A stretch of DNA of 64,000 bases from the human T2T-CHM13v2.0 reference genome, Homo sapiens: the NCBI RefSeq assembly GCF_009914755.1, contig NC_060939.1. The stretch is one strand, 5' to 3'. Positions 29,130 through 43,805 of this stretch are shown in pieces. Each line of letters opens with the position of its first letter. Within the stretch, counting starts at the first letter, position 1. The translations under genes and the position numbers were made by a program. Below the pieces are notes generated by a model, which made no database searches, was not told the DNA's origin, and worked only from the letters and a program-made list of their open reading frames with translations.

Positions 29130-29562
29130 TTCTACTTCAGCGATGAGGAATGTCTCCCAGCATCTTGTGTGCTTCGTGGTCCTGGCCTTTGGATATATCT
29201 CTGCCTGGAATGTTCCTCCTTCCTCCCCTCCCCTTCACATAATAAACTCCTTCTCCTCTTTCACAGCTATAATTTCACATTTATTTGTGTGACTAGTTAA
29301 TTCATACCTGTCTTCCCCATGAAATTGTAGTTGCAGGAGGTCAAGGACCTGGTCTCTTTTTAAAATTATTTATTTGGTACTTACTATACTGTCTGGAATA
29401 AGATCCTCAATATGTATTTGCTGAGTAAACGAATCCATGAATGAATAAATGTTGATTGTCCCATAAGGGCAGGGACTCTGTCTTAGTAATTTGCTTATTT
29501 CTAGATGCTTGCACAGTGCCTGGCCTACAATAGGTGCTCAATAAACATCTGGTGAATGAACA
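29130..29562 (+). mobile_element. L2 3' fragments
   Basis: TCTGCCTGGAATGTTC...AGGGCAGGGACTCTGTC...CACAGTGCCTGGCCTACAATAGGTGCTCAATAAACATCTGGTGAATGAA. Confidence 0.7.
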
Positions 29563-29679
29563 AGCATTGCTTCATACATGGCACCATGCCAGGCACTGTC
29601 CTTGACCTTGAGAGGGTGAGCATTTGCTTAGGGAGAGAATATGTACTCAGAGGAAAGAAGTAAGAGTTTAATCGGGCAC

Positions 29680-29892
29680 TGAAGGTAGCATTCTAAGTCA
29701 AATCTGAATTTGAATCCTGGTGGCTCTACCACTCTCTAGCAGTGTGGGTTTTAGCAAGTTACTTAACCTCTCTGAGCCAAAGGTTTCTCATCTGTAAAAT
29801 GGGATAGTAATAGTGTCTACTTCTCTAAGAGTGATATGAACTAATACATATGCAGTGTCTCACACAGTACTTGGTACAATGCAAGCACTCTA
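29680..29892 (+). mobile_element. MIR
   Basis: GCAAGTTACTTAACCTCTCTGAGCC..GTTTCTCATCTGTAAAATGGG core. Confidence 0.8.
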
Positions 29893-31662
29893 GCCAGGTT
29901 GGGTGTCATTATAATCAATTTAGGAAATCTCTGTGCAATATTTTAAGTGTGGTGAGGTCATTGACAAACAGTATGACTCTAGACAAGTATTTTCACTTTT
30001 CTGGGTGTCAGTTTTCTACTGTGTAGTATGAAAGGATTGGGTGGGGTCTTTCCAGCTGTGATGGTCCATGTAGTGCAGAGATAGCAAGATTAGTAGGATA
30101 TCTTACTTATTAGTAGGATTAGTGGCTATGACAGAGGAAGCTTCCAGAAGTCACATCTGCAAGGTCAGGTAGAATTTATTTAGGCAGAGAATAGAATGTG
30201 GGACACGCCAGCCTGGGGAACAGTGTACAAAACCATGGTGGTGGAGAAGGAGCACAGGGCATTTGGGGAAGAGGTGATGGTGGGAGGGTGGTTCTTTAGG
30301 AGTGGTGGGAAAGGAGGAGTATAAAGCTACAACAGGTTCTTGAAGGGAGGGTGACCTGAAGAAGGAAGGTTTGGGGAATAATATAGCTTGAGTCAGACAA
30401 ATGGGGAGAGGGCAGGAAACTTGGAGTCAGGGAGATCAGCTAGGAGAATGTGTAGCTTCTAACACAGGCTGATGAAGGCCTGAGCTGGGATTTGGCAGAA
30501 GGAGTGAAAGGGAGGAGGAGAACTCACAATGAATGAATGACATAGCTTGGTGGTAGAGCCAATAATAGGGATTGAAAGAGGTTTCTAGAATGCTTGTTAC
30601 CATTGACAGAGATGCATCCTTGTCCTTGAGAAAATTGGGTTGCGCTCTAGAAATGTGCATTAGTGATTGGCAACCCAGCAGAAGATTGAAAGCTGGCAGC
30701 CAGGGGGTGCAGAAAGAGGGAACAGAAGCAGAGGTTGACAGCCACCTCCCATGTCCAGCACCAGGGCAGACCCATGCAGTTCTGCACAGGTTTCATGCAG
30801 CTGATGGGAGTAGGCCAGGGGATTGGGTAGGAGACAGGGGCATGGTGTTAGAAATCCAGAACAGAAACAGAGGCAACTTTCTGGGCCATAGGAGGGAGGC
30901 TTCCTTTATTTAACTGGCTGCCCTAGGGGAAGCAGAAAGTCCCCAGGCCCCCATGAGATCCAAGCAGGATGGGAGTAGGTAGGTGATCTGGCCTGCAGCA
31001 GGTGACTTTGTTGGGGAGGTATGCCCCAGTGGTGCCATAGCTGTAGCCCATTGGCAGCACAGCACAGCAGTGGGAAGCTCTGTTTGGAGCATCTTTGGGT
31101 TCCAGAGTGGAGTAGTGAGGTGGGGGGTGCAGTGGTAACAATGACATTTCAATCACGTGGACCTGTTTACAGCTGAGCTCTACCACTTACCAACCATGTG
31201 GTTGTGACCAAGTCACTAAGCTTGTGTGAGCCTTAGGTTCCTTGTCCTCCGTAGGCAAGGATTGGCTGAATTAATTTATATAAAGGGTCTAACATATAGT
31301 AGGTGCTCAAAAAACACTAGACATATAAAATTTACAAAAGGTAGGACTAAGCCAGTTACATCCTAATGCCTGCTAAATCCAAATGCAGCTAAAAAGGGAA
31401 GAGAAGTTCCTGTCTCCTCTCTGTTTTCTGCACAGCATAGACCATACCTGACAGATCAAAAGGAAACTTCCTCCTTGCAAGGCCTCCTGATGGCTGCAGT
31501 CTTCACTGTCTAGCTTTCAAGTATAAAACTAACCTTTCATTTAAGTAGCCAAACATCAATTTTTATGTTAGCTATGGCAGTGCATTCCCAGGGTGTCAGC
31601 TAGTAGGCTGGTTACAAGCGAGGTCTCCTTTCTCTATCCTAGTTCAGAAGCATCAGTTAGAG

Positions 31663-31860
31663 CAGAGGTTCTCCAGGTGTGGCTCCCGGACCAGCAGCAC
31701 TGGCATCACCTGGGAACTTGTTAGAAATGAACCTTCTTGGGCTCCATACTAGACCTACTGCATCAGAAACTCCAGGGAGTGGGGTCCATGTCCATCAGCC
31801 TTTGTTTTAATAAAAGACCCCCAGGTAATTCTGATATACGTTAGAGTTTGAAAGCTAATG
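31663..31860 (+). mobile_element. MER5A-type MITE
   Basis: CAGAGGTTCTCCAGGTGTGG..CAGCAGCACTGGCATCACCTGGGAACTTGTTAGAAATG...CCAGGTAATTCTGAT. Confidence 0.78.
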
Positions 31861-33583
31861 AATCAGAGTGTTGTGGAAAATTAGAACTGTGTTTAAGTAT
31901 GAGCAGTGCTAAGAAGACTATTGATAGAAAATTGAGCCAATGATTTTTTTTCAGGGTTTAAAAGGGATGTTTTTGTGTGTGATGACACCTCAGTAATGCT
32001 GCAGAAAGAAAAACAAAATAAAAATTTAAAAAGAAATTTTTGTTCACTGTTTCTAATCCGGATACCCAAGCCTGTTAAAACAGTCAGTAAAGTAAGATTC
32101 AGTAGGGCACTTCTAAAGTTTCTAAAGGACATTGCCTTTAGAAATGCCCTTTAAAATATGTTCAGTATTAACTTCTAAAGTTTAAATTCCAAGTGTGGGA
32201 TGGAAGGTTTGGGGTATTAGGCAATTGATAAGCTGTGTGTTTTTGCATTTAAGCTTTAATAATGGAAAGCGCCCAAAACCTTTTCTTTTTCAGAACAGGA
32301 AAAGCTAAGACTTAGTCTCACCCCTCTTCTGACTTTTTCAAAACAGTTTTCTAATTCCAGAGAAGAGCCTGAGCTCTGAGAATCATTCTCCTCATCTTAT
32401 TTTCCATAACTTTGTCCTGGAAAATGCAGTCTGGGGGAAAGCATTTTAAATAGTAATCATCTGAGTCTAGTCCAGAATTTGGAATCCAAGGGCAGGCGGA
32501 TACTTTGTCATAAACAGGAGCAATAATACGTAGATAATGCAGTCAGTGGAGGAAAAGTCTGGCGCTGCTGTGGCTCTGACTGCTCCTGGATTAGTTACTA
32601 GACCAAATGCTGCAAACTGGTCCATTGCTTTGCTTTGAGCAAGCACCTTATTTTATTTAACCCCTGCATATACACTTAAGACATTGTATCCACATGTTTC
32701 TAATTCGTTTACACTTCACTCATCAGCATCTGTTGGGTAAGCACCCTGTCACCTCCAAGTTTTATGAGCTGTGTTTACTAGGCTGCAATTCTTGAACAGG
32801 GATATCGTATATTCCACAAAAAAAGAAAAAAAAAAAAAGAACTTGAGCCTGGGAAGTGAGGACTTCAGTGCTCAACTTGGAGTGAACTTGTGAAGTTTGA
32901 ATGGATCTGCAACTAAGCACAGATGTTCCCTATTCTCCAGGAACAGCTTCACATGTTTATGCACAGAATCTCCTCTTTTCGTACCTGAGTTTTTCTCTCC
33001 ACTGAAATGACAGTGGGAGAATGTGCAATTGTGGGAAAAGCTTGAACCTCGTTTCCTTCCACTTTTTGTCCCCTCCCATCCCTCCCAAAGTCTCTTCTTG
33101 GTGACTGAGAGCAAATGCAAACCTATGCAGTAGCAAAGCTCCCTAAAATCCAAAACCTCAACACTTTAGCAATATTTTGCTTCCCTAGAAGGCAGCATTC
33201 CCTTTTGCAAGTTTCTTCCACTTAAGCAAAATTCCTAAGAATACAGCAAGAAGTTTTGTAGTTTTTTGTTGATTTTGAATAGAGATGGGAGGGACCTCCC
33301 ATTATTAATAACTGCACAGAAGGATTTTGTTTCTAAGAACCTGAATTGTTAGTGTTATTTTCTAGATTTTTTTAAAAATTGGTTTTTATTTTCTATTCCA
33401 CGTTATGTGTGTACATGTTTTATAGAGTCAAATAGTTCTAAAAGTTTGCCTCTTCCCTAATCTTTCCTATTCCTCAACCATTTTAGCTGTTCTTTTGATT
33501 TTTACCTTATCTGTAAATAATACTTATATTGTTAATTCTGGGTTTTTACATTTCACATTTGTTCTGTTGAAAATGAAGATCTT

Positions 33584-34231
33584 CATGAAACAACAGGTGC
33601 TAGAGAGGATGTGGAGAAATAGGAACGCTTTTACACTGTTGGTGGGAGTGTAAACTAGTTCAATCATTGTGGAAAACAGTGTGGCGATTCCTCAAGGATC
33701 TAGAACTAGAAATACCATTTGACCCAGCGATCCCATTACTGGGTACATACCCAAAGGATTATAATTCATGCTACTATAAAGACATATGCACACATATGCT
33801 TATTGCAGTGCTATTCACAATAGCAAAGACTTGGAACCAACCCAAATGTCCATCAATGATAGACTGGATTAAGAAAATATGGCACATATACACCATGGAA
33901 TACTATGCAGCCATAAAAAAGGATGAGTTCATGTCCTTTGCAGGGACATGGATGAAGCTGGAAACCATCATTCTGAGCAAACTGTCTCAAGGACAGAAAA
34001 TCAAACACCGCATGTTCTCACTCATAGGTGGGAATTGAACAATGAGAACACATGGACACAGGGAGGGGAACATCACACACTGGGGCCTGTCGTGGGGTGG
34101 GGGGATGGGGGAGGGATAGCCTTAGGAGATATACCTAATCTAAATGACAAGTTAATGGGTGCAGCACACCAATACGGCACATGTATACATATGTAACAAA
34201 CCTGTTAAAGTATAATAATTAAAAAAAAAAA
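33584..34231 (+). mobile_element. 5'-truncated L1PA (PA4-6-like): ORF2 C-terminus, 3'UTR and poly(A), sense to host gene
   Basis: ORF 33667-34038 is the ORF2 C-terminus (...HRMFSLIGGN*). G-rich 3'UTR and A tail. 15-bp TSD GAAAATGAAG(A/G)TCTT at 33569-33583 and 34232-34246. Confidence 0.93.
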
Positions 34232-34409
34232 GAAAATGAAGGTCTTGCCCTCTTTCATTATCCTCTCCCTAGACCTCACCATGGATACACACTCCCCATC
34301 CTGCACCCTCTCAATATAATTATTGTAATTTAGCTTAGATTAATAACCATTGCTTACAGTATGATGACTATGTACATGCACTTCACACTGGAGCCATGTG
34401 ATATACTCC

Positions 34410-34822
34410 CTTAGGTCAGATTTCCAGAGCACTGATCCTAAAGCAGAGATTTGTGCCCAGTGTTCCTTGGGGCACAACACCTGTGATGGATGTGGGAGGC
34501 AGGATTGGACAGAGGGGAAGTTGGGCTGTGATGCAGTCACACCAAGGCCTCAGCTTGTCTTACAGGAAGCTCTGAGCAGGGAGAGCCCTGAAGAGTTACC
34601 AGCAATTGAGACAGGGTGGGCCTTTGTACCAGAGGACCAGTTGTTAGATGGAGCTGTCCCTGGAGAGGAGGCTTAACCTTGAGGGAGGCAGCTCCCTCAG
34701 GCACAGCGCAAGCTCCAGAAATAAACACCTATGAGCCAGCTCCTAACTGCTGGGGGGTGTGACTGACTGGATTGGCAGGTAGGGGTAGGTTATCTGGGCA
34801 CCATAGTGAAGCATCCACTACA
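34410..34822 (-). mobile_element. Old ERVL solo LTR, LTR16-family-like
   Basis: GCAGGATTGGACAGAGGGGAAGTTGGGCTGTGATGCAGTC..GGCCTCAGC...GCATCCACTACA resembles remembered LTR16 consensus. Confidence 0.55.
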
Positions 34823-35518
34823 TATGCCGTGATTATATTTCCTTTCCTGAAATCTGACTTTCCCTGTTGTTGATAAATACCTTTTGGTTTTTAGTTTGCC
34901 TACTTTTCTATATGTACTTCATGCTAATTCAACTCAAGCTCTTCTAAATTGTGTACATCATCTTTCAGTAGCTTCATGTCTCAATATCTTGAAATCTCAA
35001 TATCTCAAAATGTATTGGGTATTCTACGCATTTCGTCTTGAAGAATTCTCTCCTGGAACTCTCTGACCTGCTCTAGTCTTTTCCTAGTGTACAGCTGTCT
35101 TGTTGGGATCTCCTTTCTTCCTAGTCCTGGCCATTCTCTTTGCTTCTTTTTTGGCTTAGATATTCTATCTCCTGGATCCCACACGTTCTACTTTCTTGTT
35201 TTACTCCTTTATTGTGGTAGTCTACATCCTCCAATAAGGGTGCATGACAGGTAAATTGCGTGAGAATTGCATTTCTGAAAATGCTTTATTTTCTCCTAAG
35301 GATTGATAATTTGACTAGATATAGAATTCTAATTTTGAAATGGCTATGCCTCAAAAATTATAAGGCATTACTCAATTATTGTTCAGCCATCAAAGTTATT
35401 GTTGAGAAATCCAATACTATTTTGTTTCTATTCAGGGTGCTTGTATTATCTTTTCTTTGTCCCAGTGTCTTGAAATTTCAAGTGATGTAACCTTCATGAG
35501 GGTTTATTTTTATCTATT

Positions 35519-35967
35519 TATTGGGAGACACTTCTTCATGGGTCTCTTGTACTCTTACAAGTCTTTGGAGTATACCAAGAATGCAAGGCCCTGACCACCC
35601 TAAAATTGGATTATTTCTCAGGCTTGTATTTGCAGTGAGCAACCTTGAGGGGTAAGATAAGTCTCCTTTCGGGACAAATAGTAGGGTTGCTTATTGCTTT
35701 CAATAAAAGCAGTAGATCTCTCAACTTCAGTGTTCCCCAGCTGCAATACAAAACCACTGTATATGCAGTATCCATGGGCCCTGCCCTTATGCATTGCCCC
35801 TATGGGACTTGGGGGCAAGGGAAACTGACACATACTATAATGCTCATGCTGCTTGCTCTTTTTTATCTCTCACTCAGAAATCTTCTGTCTTCTGTTTGTA
35901 TCCATGAAACAGTAACAGGATAACTTATTGATTGTAAGTAGGGAAAGATCAAATCCCAGTCCTGACA
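35519..35967 (+). mobile_element. MER77/MER68-like ERVL solo LTR
   Basis: TTGGGAGACA..CATGGGTCTC...CCAAGAATGCAAGGCCCTGACC...CCTGACA. 5-bp TSD CTATT/CCATT. Confidence 0.65.
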
Positions 35968-36533
35968 CCATTTTCCTGGGCACTTGATAGACTCCTGCAA
36001 TCTGGAAACAGAAATTGTCTTATTTATTTGATGATTTCCTGTGAATCTAGAAAACTAATTACTTCTTTTCCTTTTTGTAAAATCACAACTTTATTGAAAT
36101 AAAATTCATATATGATAAAAGTCACCAACTTAGTTGTTTTAGTATATTCACAATTATATAACTATTATCATGATATGATTGCAAACATTTTCCTTATCCT
36201 AAGAAGGAAGCTGATACCTATTAGCAGTCACTCCACATTATCCCCTCTCTTCAGGCCCTGGCAACCACTAATTTACTTTCTTTCTCCATGGATTTGAATA
36301 TTCTGGGTATTTCATGTAAATGGAATTATGCAATATGTGGCCTTATATGATTTGCTTCTTTTACTTAGCATAATGTTTTGAAGATTTATCAATGTTATAG
36401 CATATATCCATACTTTAATGCTTCCTGTTGTCAAATAATATTCCATTGTATGGATATACCACATTTTGTTTGTCCATTCACCAGTTGAGAGACATTTCAG
36501 TTTCCCCTTTTTAGCTATTATGAATAATGCTGC

Positions 36534-37247
<714 letters not shown>

Positions 37248-37963
37248 TGTTATGAATAGTTATGTACACATTTTTATATTAATGTAGGTTTTCATTTCTT
37301 GTGAGTATAAACCTAAAAGCAGAATTGTTGGGTCATGTGGTAGCTCTATGTTTAACATTTTGAGGAACTGCCATATATTTTAGAGTCCCACTAGCATGGT
37401 AGATATGCAAAGTTATCCCACTGTCATTTGTTGCAAACAGTATTTTTTCCCTAATGAATTGTCTTGGCACCTCTGTCAAAAATCAATTGTCCATAAATGT
37501 AAGGGTTTATATCTAGACTCTTAAGTTCTATTCCATTGATCTATGTGTTTAGCCTTATGAAAATACCACACTTACTGTTGATTCGTAGTAAGTTTTAAAA
37601 TCAGGAAATATGAATCCTCCAGCTGTTTTTCTTTGGTCCCTTGCATTTTTGTGTGAATTTTAGGATTACCTTCAGAAAAATAAGAGGGCATTTGGTAGTT
37701 TGTATTGAATCTGTAGATCAATATGGGGGAGTTTGCCATCTTAACAATGTTAAATCTTCAGATCCAAGAAAATGTGATATCTTTCCATTTGTTTAGATCT
37801 TCCTTAATTTATTTCAACAATATTTTGAGGTTTTCAATGAATAAATCTTCTTTAATTAAACTTGTTCTTAAGTATTTTTATTCTTTTTAATGCTGTTGTA
37901 AATTGAATTCTTTTTCAAATTCATTTTCAGAATACTCATTGATAGTAAATAGAAATACAATTA

Positions 37964-38078
37964 AGAGGTAGGGTCTCACTATGTTGCCCATGCTGGTCTC
38001 GAACTCCTGGCCTCAAGTGATCCTCCTGCCTTGGACTCCCAAAGTTACAGGTTACACGCATGAGCACCGTCCCTGGCC
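37964..38078 (-). mobile_element. FLAM / Alu left monomer
   Basis: Single reverse Alu left arm. Confidence 0.8.
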
Positions 38079-38343
38079 CTCAAAGTATTTTCTAATTTTC
38101 CTGTGTTTTTTTTTTCTTGATTATTTAGGAGTATGTTGTTTAATTTCCATTATTTAAAAAGTTACCAAATTTTTTTCTGCTATTTTTAATTTCATTCAAT
38201 TGTGGTCAGAGAACATACTTTTCATTATTTTGATATTTTAAAATTTATTAAAGTTTATTTTATAGCCTAACATTTATTCCCTCTTGGAGATGTTTCATGT
38301 GCACTTGAGAAGAATGTGTATTCTGCTACTGTTGGGAGGAGTA

Positions 38344-38965
<622 letters not shown>

Positions 38966-39767
38966 TGTCAGTTTTTACTTTATGTATTTTGGGGCTTGGT
39001 TGTTATGTCTTCCTGATGGATTGACTCTTTTATTATTATAAAATGTACTTTTCTCTAGTAACAATTTTTGTCTTAAAGTCTACTTTGTCCAAAATATTAG
39101 TAGAGCTACTCTAGCTGCCTTTTGCTTTTATGGAAGAGTTGATTTTCAGAGGCACTGATAACCATTCTGGAAAGCAGAACCTCTAACTACTTCTTACAAC
39201 TCTTAGAGATAGTTGTCCCGGTTTTAGGTCTGCTTTCTCCCCCATTTCCAAAGTTACCTTTTGGAGACTCCGTAATGCTGCGTAGCTTTGCTGCTTTTAT
39301 TGCTGCTTAGGATCAGCTTTCTTGGGTCGGCTAAGTCATTACAATGAGTCCTTCTGCTTTCCGGTTTCCTAAATTTTGTAACCGTTAACTCCTTTTCTAT
39401 TTTCTTTTTCTTTTGAGTTTATTACTTTTTAAAAACTCTTCACTATTATATCAATGGCTTTTCCAAGGAAACAAAATTCAAGAGTGATTTAAATCTTTAA
39501 CTTGTATTCGAGTGTAAACTTTTAGCTTTTAGTTGCTTTACTCTTAGTAACCTAAATTTTCTTGTATAGTCACCAGCATTTTTTTTTTTTCATGGTCAGA
39601 GGGCTTTTAAATATCAGGGCTCCAAATACCGGGTAATATCCTAAATTTAGAGTGCCTATATTTGGGGTTGTATTATCTTTTAAATTCAGGCGTGGGATCT
39701 GAATATCTTTGATTCAAAATAAGAGTCAGCTGCTTCCAAGTCGGCTCACTGATTGATTTTCCTTAGA

Positions 39768-39920
39768 GCAATGATTCCCAAACTTGACCATGTCCTAGAC
39801 CTCATCCCCAGAGTTTCTGATCCAGGATGTCTGGGGTGAGGCCCAAGAATTTGCATTTTCAGCAAGTACGCAGGTGATGCTGGTGCTGCCAGTCCCAGGA
39901 CCACAGTAGGAACCACTGCT
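39768..39920 (-). mobile_element. MER5A/MER5A1 fragment
   Basis: CCCAGAGTTTCTGAT..GGCCCAAGAATTTGCATTT..CAGGTGATGCTGGTGCTGC..GAACCACTG. Confidence 0.7.
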
Positions 39921-40197
39921 TTAGTGTGTGGACAGGATGCTAGGTGAAATGTTCCTTTTGGAGGCAGGGAGGACATTCAGGAAACAGATGAGGACAAAGA
40001 AGGAGAGAAACAGAAGTTTGTGCCCACTTCCTCTTGCTCCCAGCTTGTGGCAACCCTTGTGTTTTCCCACTTTCCCTGCACCAACAAAACCTGACAAAAT
40101 CTGCTTAGAGAAGAGTCTCCTGGCATCAGAATTGTACTTTACTTAAAGGCAAAAAAAAAAAGAATAAAGTGAATATCCATGCAAAACCTTAATTTGA

Positions 40198-40845
<648 letters not shown>

Positions 40846-42718
40846 AGGGTTGGGGGCAGTGGGTAGGAAGTCTATGCAGGGTCTAGAGAAGTCATTACAT
40901 AATTTTATGAGAAGAACTAGGGTGTTCTCTAAGGCAACAGGATGCCAGGTAGTTTTGTTAAGAAGTCCCTTGTCCTCAGGTTTATTTATCTCCTAGCTGC
41001 AGATCGGAGAAGGTGGACCCAGTGTCCCCAGTGTCTACTGGTGGGAGGAGCCCAGAGTTAAGGCCATTCCTCTGGGTTCTTTTCTTGTGGCCATTCGGAG
41101 ATTCTGCTGTAATTGTCTCACGTTTAGCTTTTTTTTTTTCCCCCCCTCAGAATGTTCTTCTGCAGTATGGTTGCAAATATTGAGGAATAAAATTCTGGCC
41201 CCAAAAGATAGTATCTCAAAAGATACAGATAGTTGGGAGGAAGCCAAGAGAAGTGAGGACCCAAAACCCTTGCCCAGATGAGGCTGCCTTTCACAAACAC
41301 TTTGATTACTTACAATGCAATGCACCTGGATAGTTCTAGCGCTTCAGAAAGTGAGGAGCTGGGGAGAGAGGGAATGGGGTCTTGGTAGATGAAATGAGAA
41401 AGCAAGTTGTAGGAGATGAATTTTGCCTCCAACTTGTCACTTCCTTTCTTAAGCCTGTTTTTTAATCTATCAAATGATGATTTCGTTTGAAATAAATCCC
41501 AGAGGTGATTCCATCTTGGTATTCTTTTATTTTTTCCCCCAAATCACCTCTTACATCTTTTGGGCAGCCAAGGAAAGAAACCAGGTCTCTTGACTTCTAA
41601 GATAGAGCTCAGAGTATCTAGACGATGCAGTCTTCCTGAACCATGTGGTCCCAGAGGCTCCATGTGATTTCCTGTTAGAGGTTTTCAGTGGCTTTGGAAT
41701 AGAAGGCAGTTTATTGCTGTGACAGTCAGGCAGCCACACTGGGGAAATATGCTGTATCATGTAGTGTAGGAAAAAGTCAGTATTACCCAGTCAGGTAATC
41801 TGATTTTTAGACAGCCTGTTCTAGGCTGTCTATGGCTGAGCACAGCATTAGTCTTGTCTCCAAAACAGTTTTTTTTTGTTTGTTTTTTTTACATACAGTG
41901 TGTACTTATCTTGTCTGTTTCTTTTGGATATAGAAATATATCTTGCCTGAAATTTATTTTCATTCTTATTTTGGAAGCAACTAAATTGTTCTGAGATGTT
42001 CCTTGTAGCAGTAATTAATTTAGCATTTACTGAGCACCCTCTGTGTGCCAGGCTTGGTGTGAAGTGATAGAAATGTACAGAAAGACTCTGAGGTAGGGAA
42101 ATATATCTAGCAGGAGGAGGGGAGAGAAAGACAAGGGGGAGAAAAGGCCGATATTCATTTATCCATCCCTTGTTTCATTCCTCAGAGATTTGTTTAGCAT
42201 TTACTATGCGCCAAGCTCTGTGCTGGGTTCCTGGGATACAAAAGTGAATAAGACAGAGACATCCTGTATTCTCGCAAAACCACACTGCAATACAGCATGG
42301 TTAACCCTGAAATAGAGGAGGCCACATCAACCTGAGAGGGGGCAGAAGTAGAGGTGGGATCCAGATCCATGGAGGGCTTCCTGAGGAGGTGACCTGGAAA
42401 TGCAAGCGAAGTACAAATGCAGGCCAGCCAAGTGAGGGAAGGAACAGTTAAGCAACGGCTAGAGAGAGGGAGTGCTTAGTTGTGTGTAGACTGTGTATTT
42501 AGGAATGGGATTTAAGGAAGAACAGGAGGAAATGAGGCTATAAAGGTAGGCGAGGTTCCGCTCTTGAAAGAGGTTTTATCCCTTGCTTAGGACTTTGAAC
42601 TTCAACCTAGAGTGACAGAGAAGCCACTTAAATACCTCATAATGGAGGAATTATTACAGGAAGCTGCGGCCATTTAAAAAGGCATACAGATGATATAACT
42701 GCGTAGATATTAAGTTTA

Positions 42719-43036
<318 letters not shown>

Positions 43037-43074
43037 TTATGTGCTCACTGTGATTGCTGATATATGAAATATAT

Positions 43075-43122
43075 TTAGGTTGGTGCAAAAGTAATTGTGC
43101 AGTTACTTTTGCACCAACGTAA
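43075..43122. mobile_element. MADE1 (Hsmar1-derived MITE), centrally deleted to 48 bp
   Basis: TTAGGTTGGTGCAAAAGTAATTG-TG-CAGTTACTTTTGCACCAACGTAA: both Hsmar1 TIR ends are present. Confidence 0.9.
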
Positions 43123-43326
43123 TTAATTATGACAATGGCAAAGCGTGGGAGGATGTCTAAAAGTAGAATCTGTTATTTGCATGGCGAGTCTTTGAGAATT
43201 CCTTTATAATATTCACTCAGCACTGTATCACTACTATATGCAAATAGATCAAGATACAATCCCTTCCCTCTATCATCAAATATGGGGAGAGCTGATAACT
43301 TTAATGCACTTTTAAAAAGTGTGTGA

Positions 43327-43582
43327 TTATGAAATGTCTAGAATAGGCAGATCAATAGAGACAGAAAGTAGATTGGTGGTTGCCAAGATCTAGGGGGAGT
43401 GAGGAATTGAAATGACAGCTCACAGGCACAGGGCTTCTTTTTGAGCTGATGGAAATGTTCTGGAATTATATAATGGTTGCGGTTGGACACACAACCTTAT
43501 GAATATACGAAGACTTATTGAACTGTATAGTTGGTTAAAATGCTTAATTTTGTGTTATACAAATTTTTCTCAATAAAAATTA
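43327..43582 (+). mobile_element. L1MB-type 3'UTR end with AATAAA (43572-43577), sense to host gene
   Basis: ATAGAGACAGAAAGTAGATTGGTGGTTGCCA...GATGGAAATGTTCTGGAATT...CTCAATAAAA. Confidence 0.78.
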
Positions 43583-43668
43583 TAGGAAGAAAAAAGGTGC
43601 TGATTCCACAGAGATGATATTGCTTATACCTTATCTTTATTTTATTTTATTTCATTTTACTTTGGTAG

Positions 43669-43805
43669 TAAAAGGCAATCGCAAATGTGAGTTGAACTGC
43701 CAGGCAATGGGCTACCGCTTCTATGTACGGCAAGCTGAGAAAGTCATCGATGGCACCCCCTGTGACCAGAACGGCACGGCCATCTGTGTGTCTGGGCAGT
43801 GCAAG
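43669..43805 (+). CDS. THSD4: Internal coding exon of thrombospondin type-1 domain-containing protein 4 (ADAMTSL6), ADAMTS cysteine-rich region; phase 1 acceptor, phase 0 donor
   Basis: T-rich tract ending TTTGGTAG (AG 43667-43668). The 137-nt open frame reads (V)KGNRKCELNCQAMGYRFYVRQAEKVIDGTPCDQNGTAICVSGQCK and ends at the strong donor AAG|GTAAGT (43806). The CxLxC...VxDGTxC...CVxGxC pattern is typical of ADAMTS/ADAMTSL proteins; I recognise the peptide as THSD4 from memory. Confidence 0.95.
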
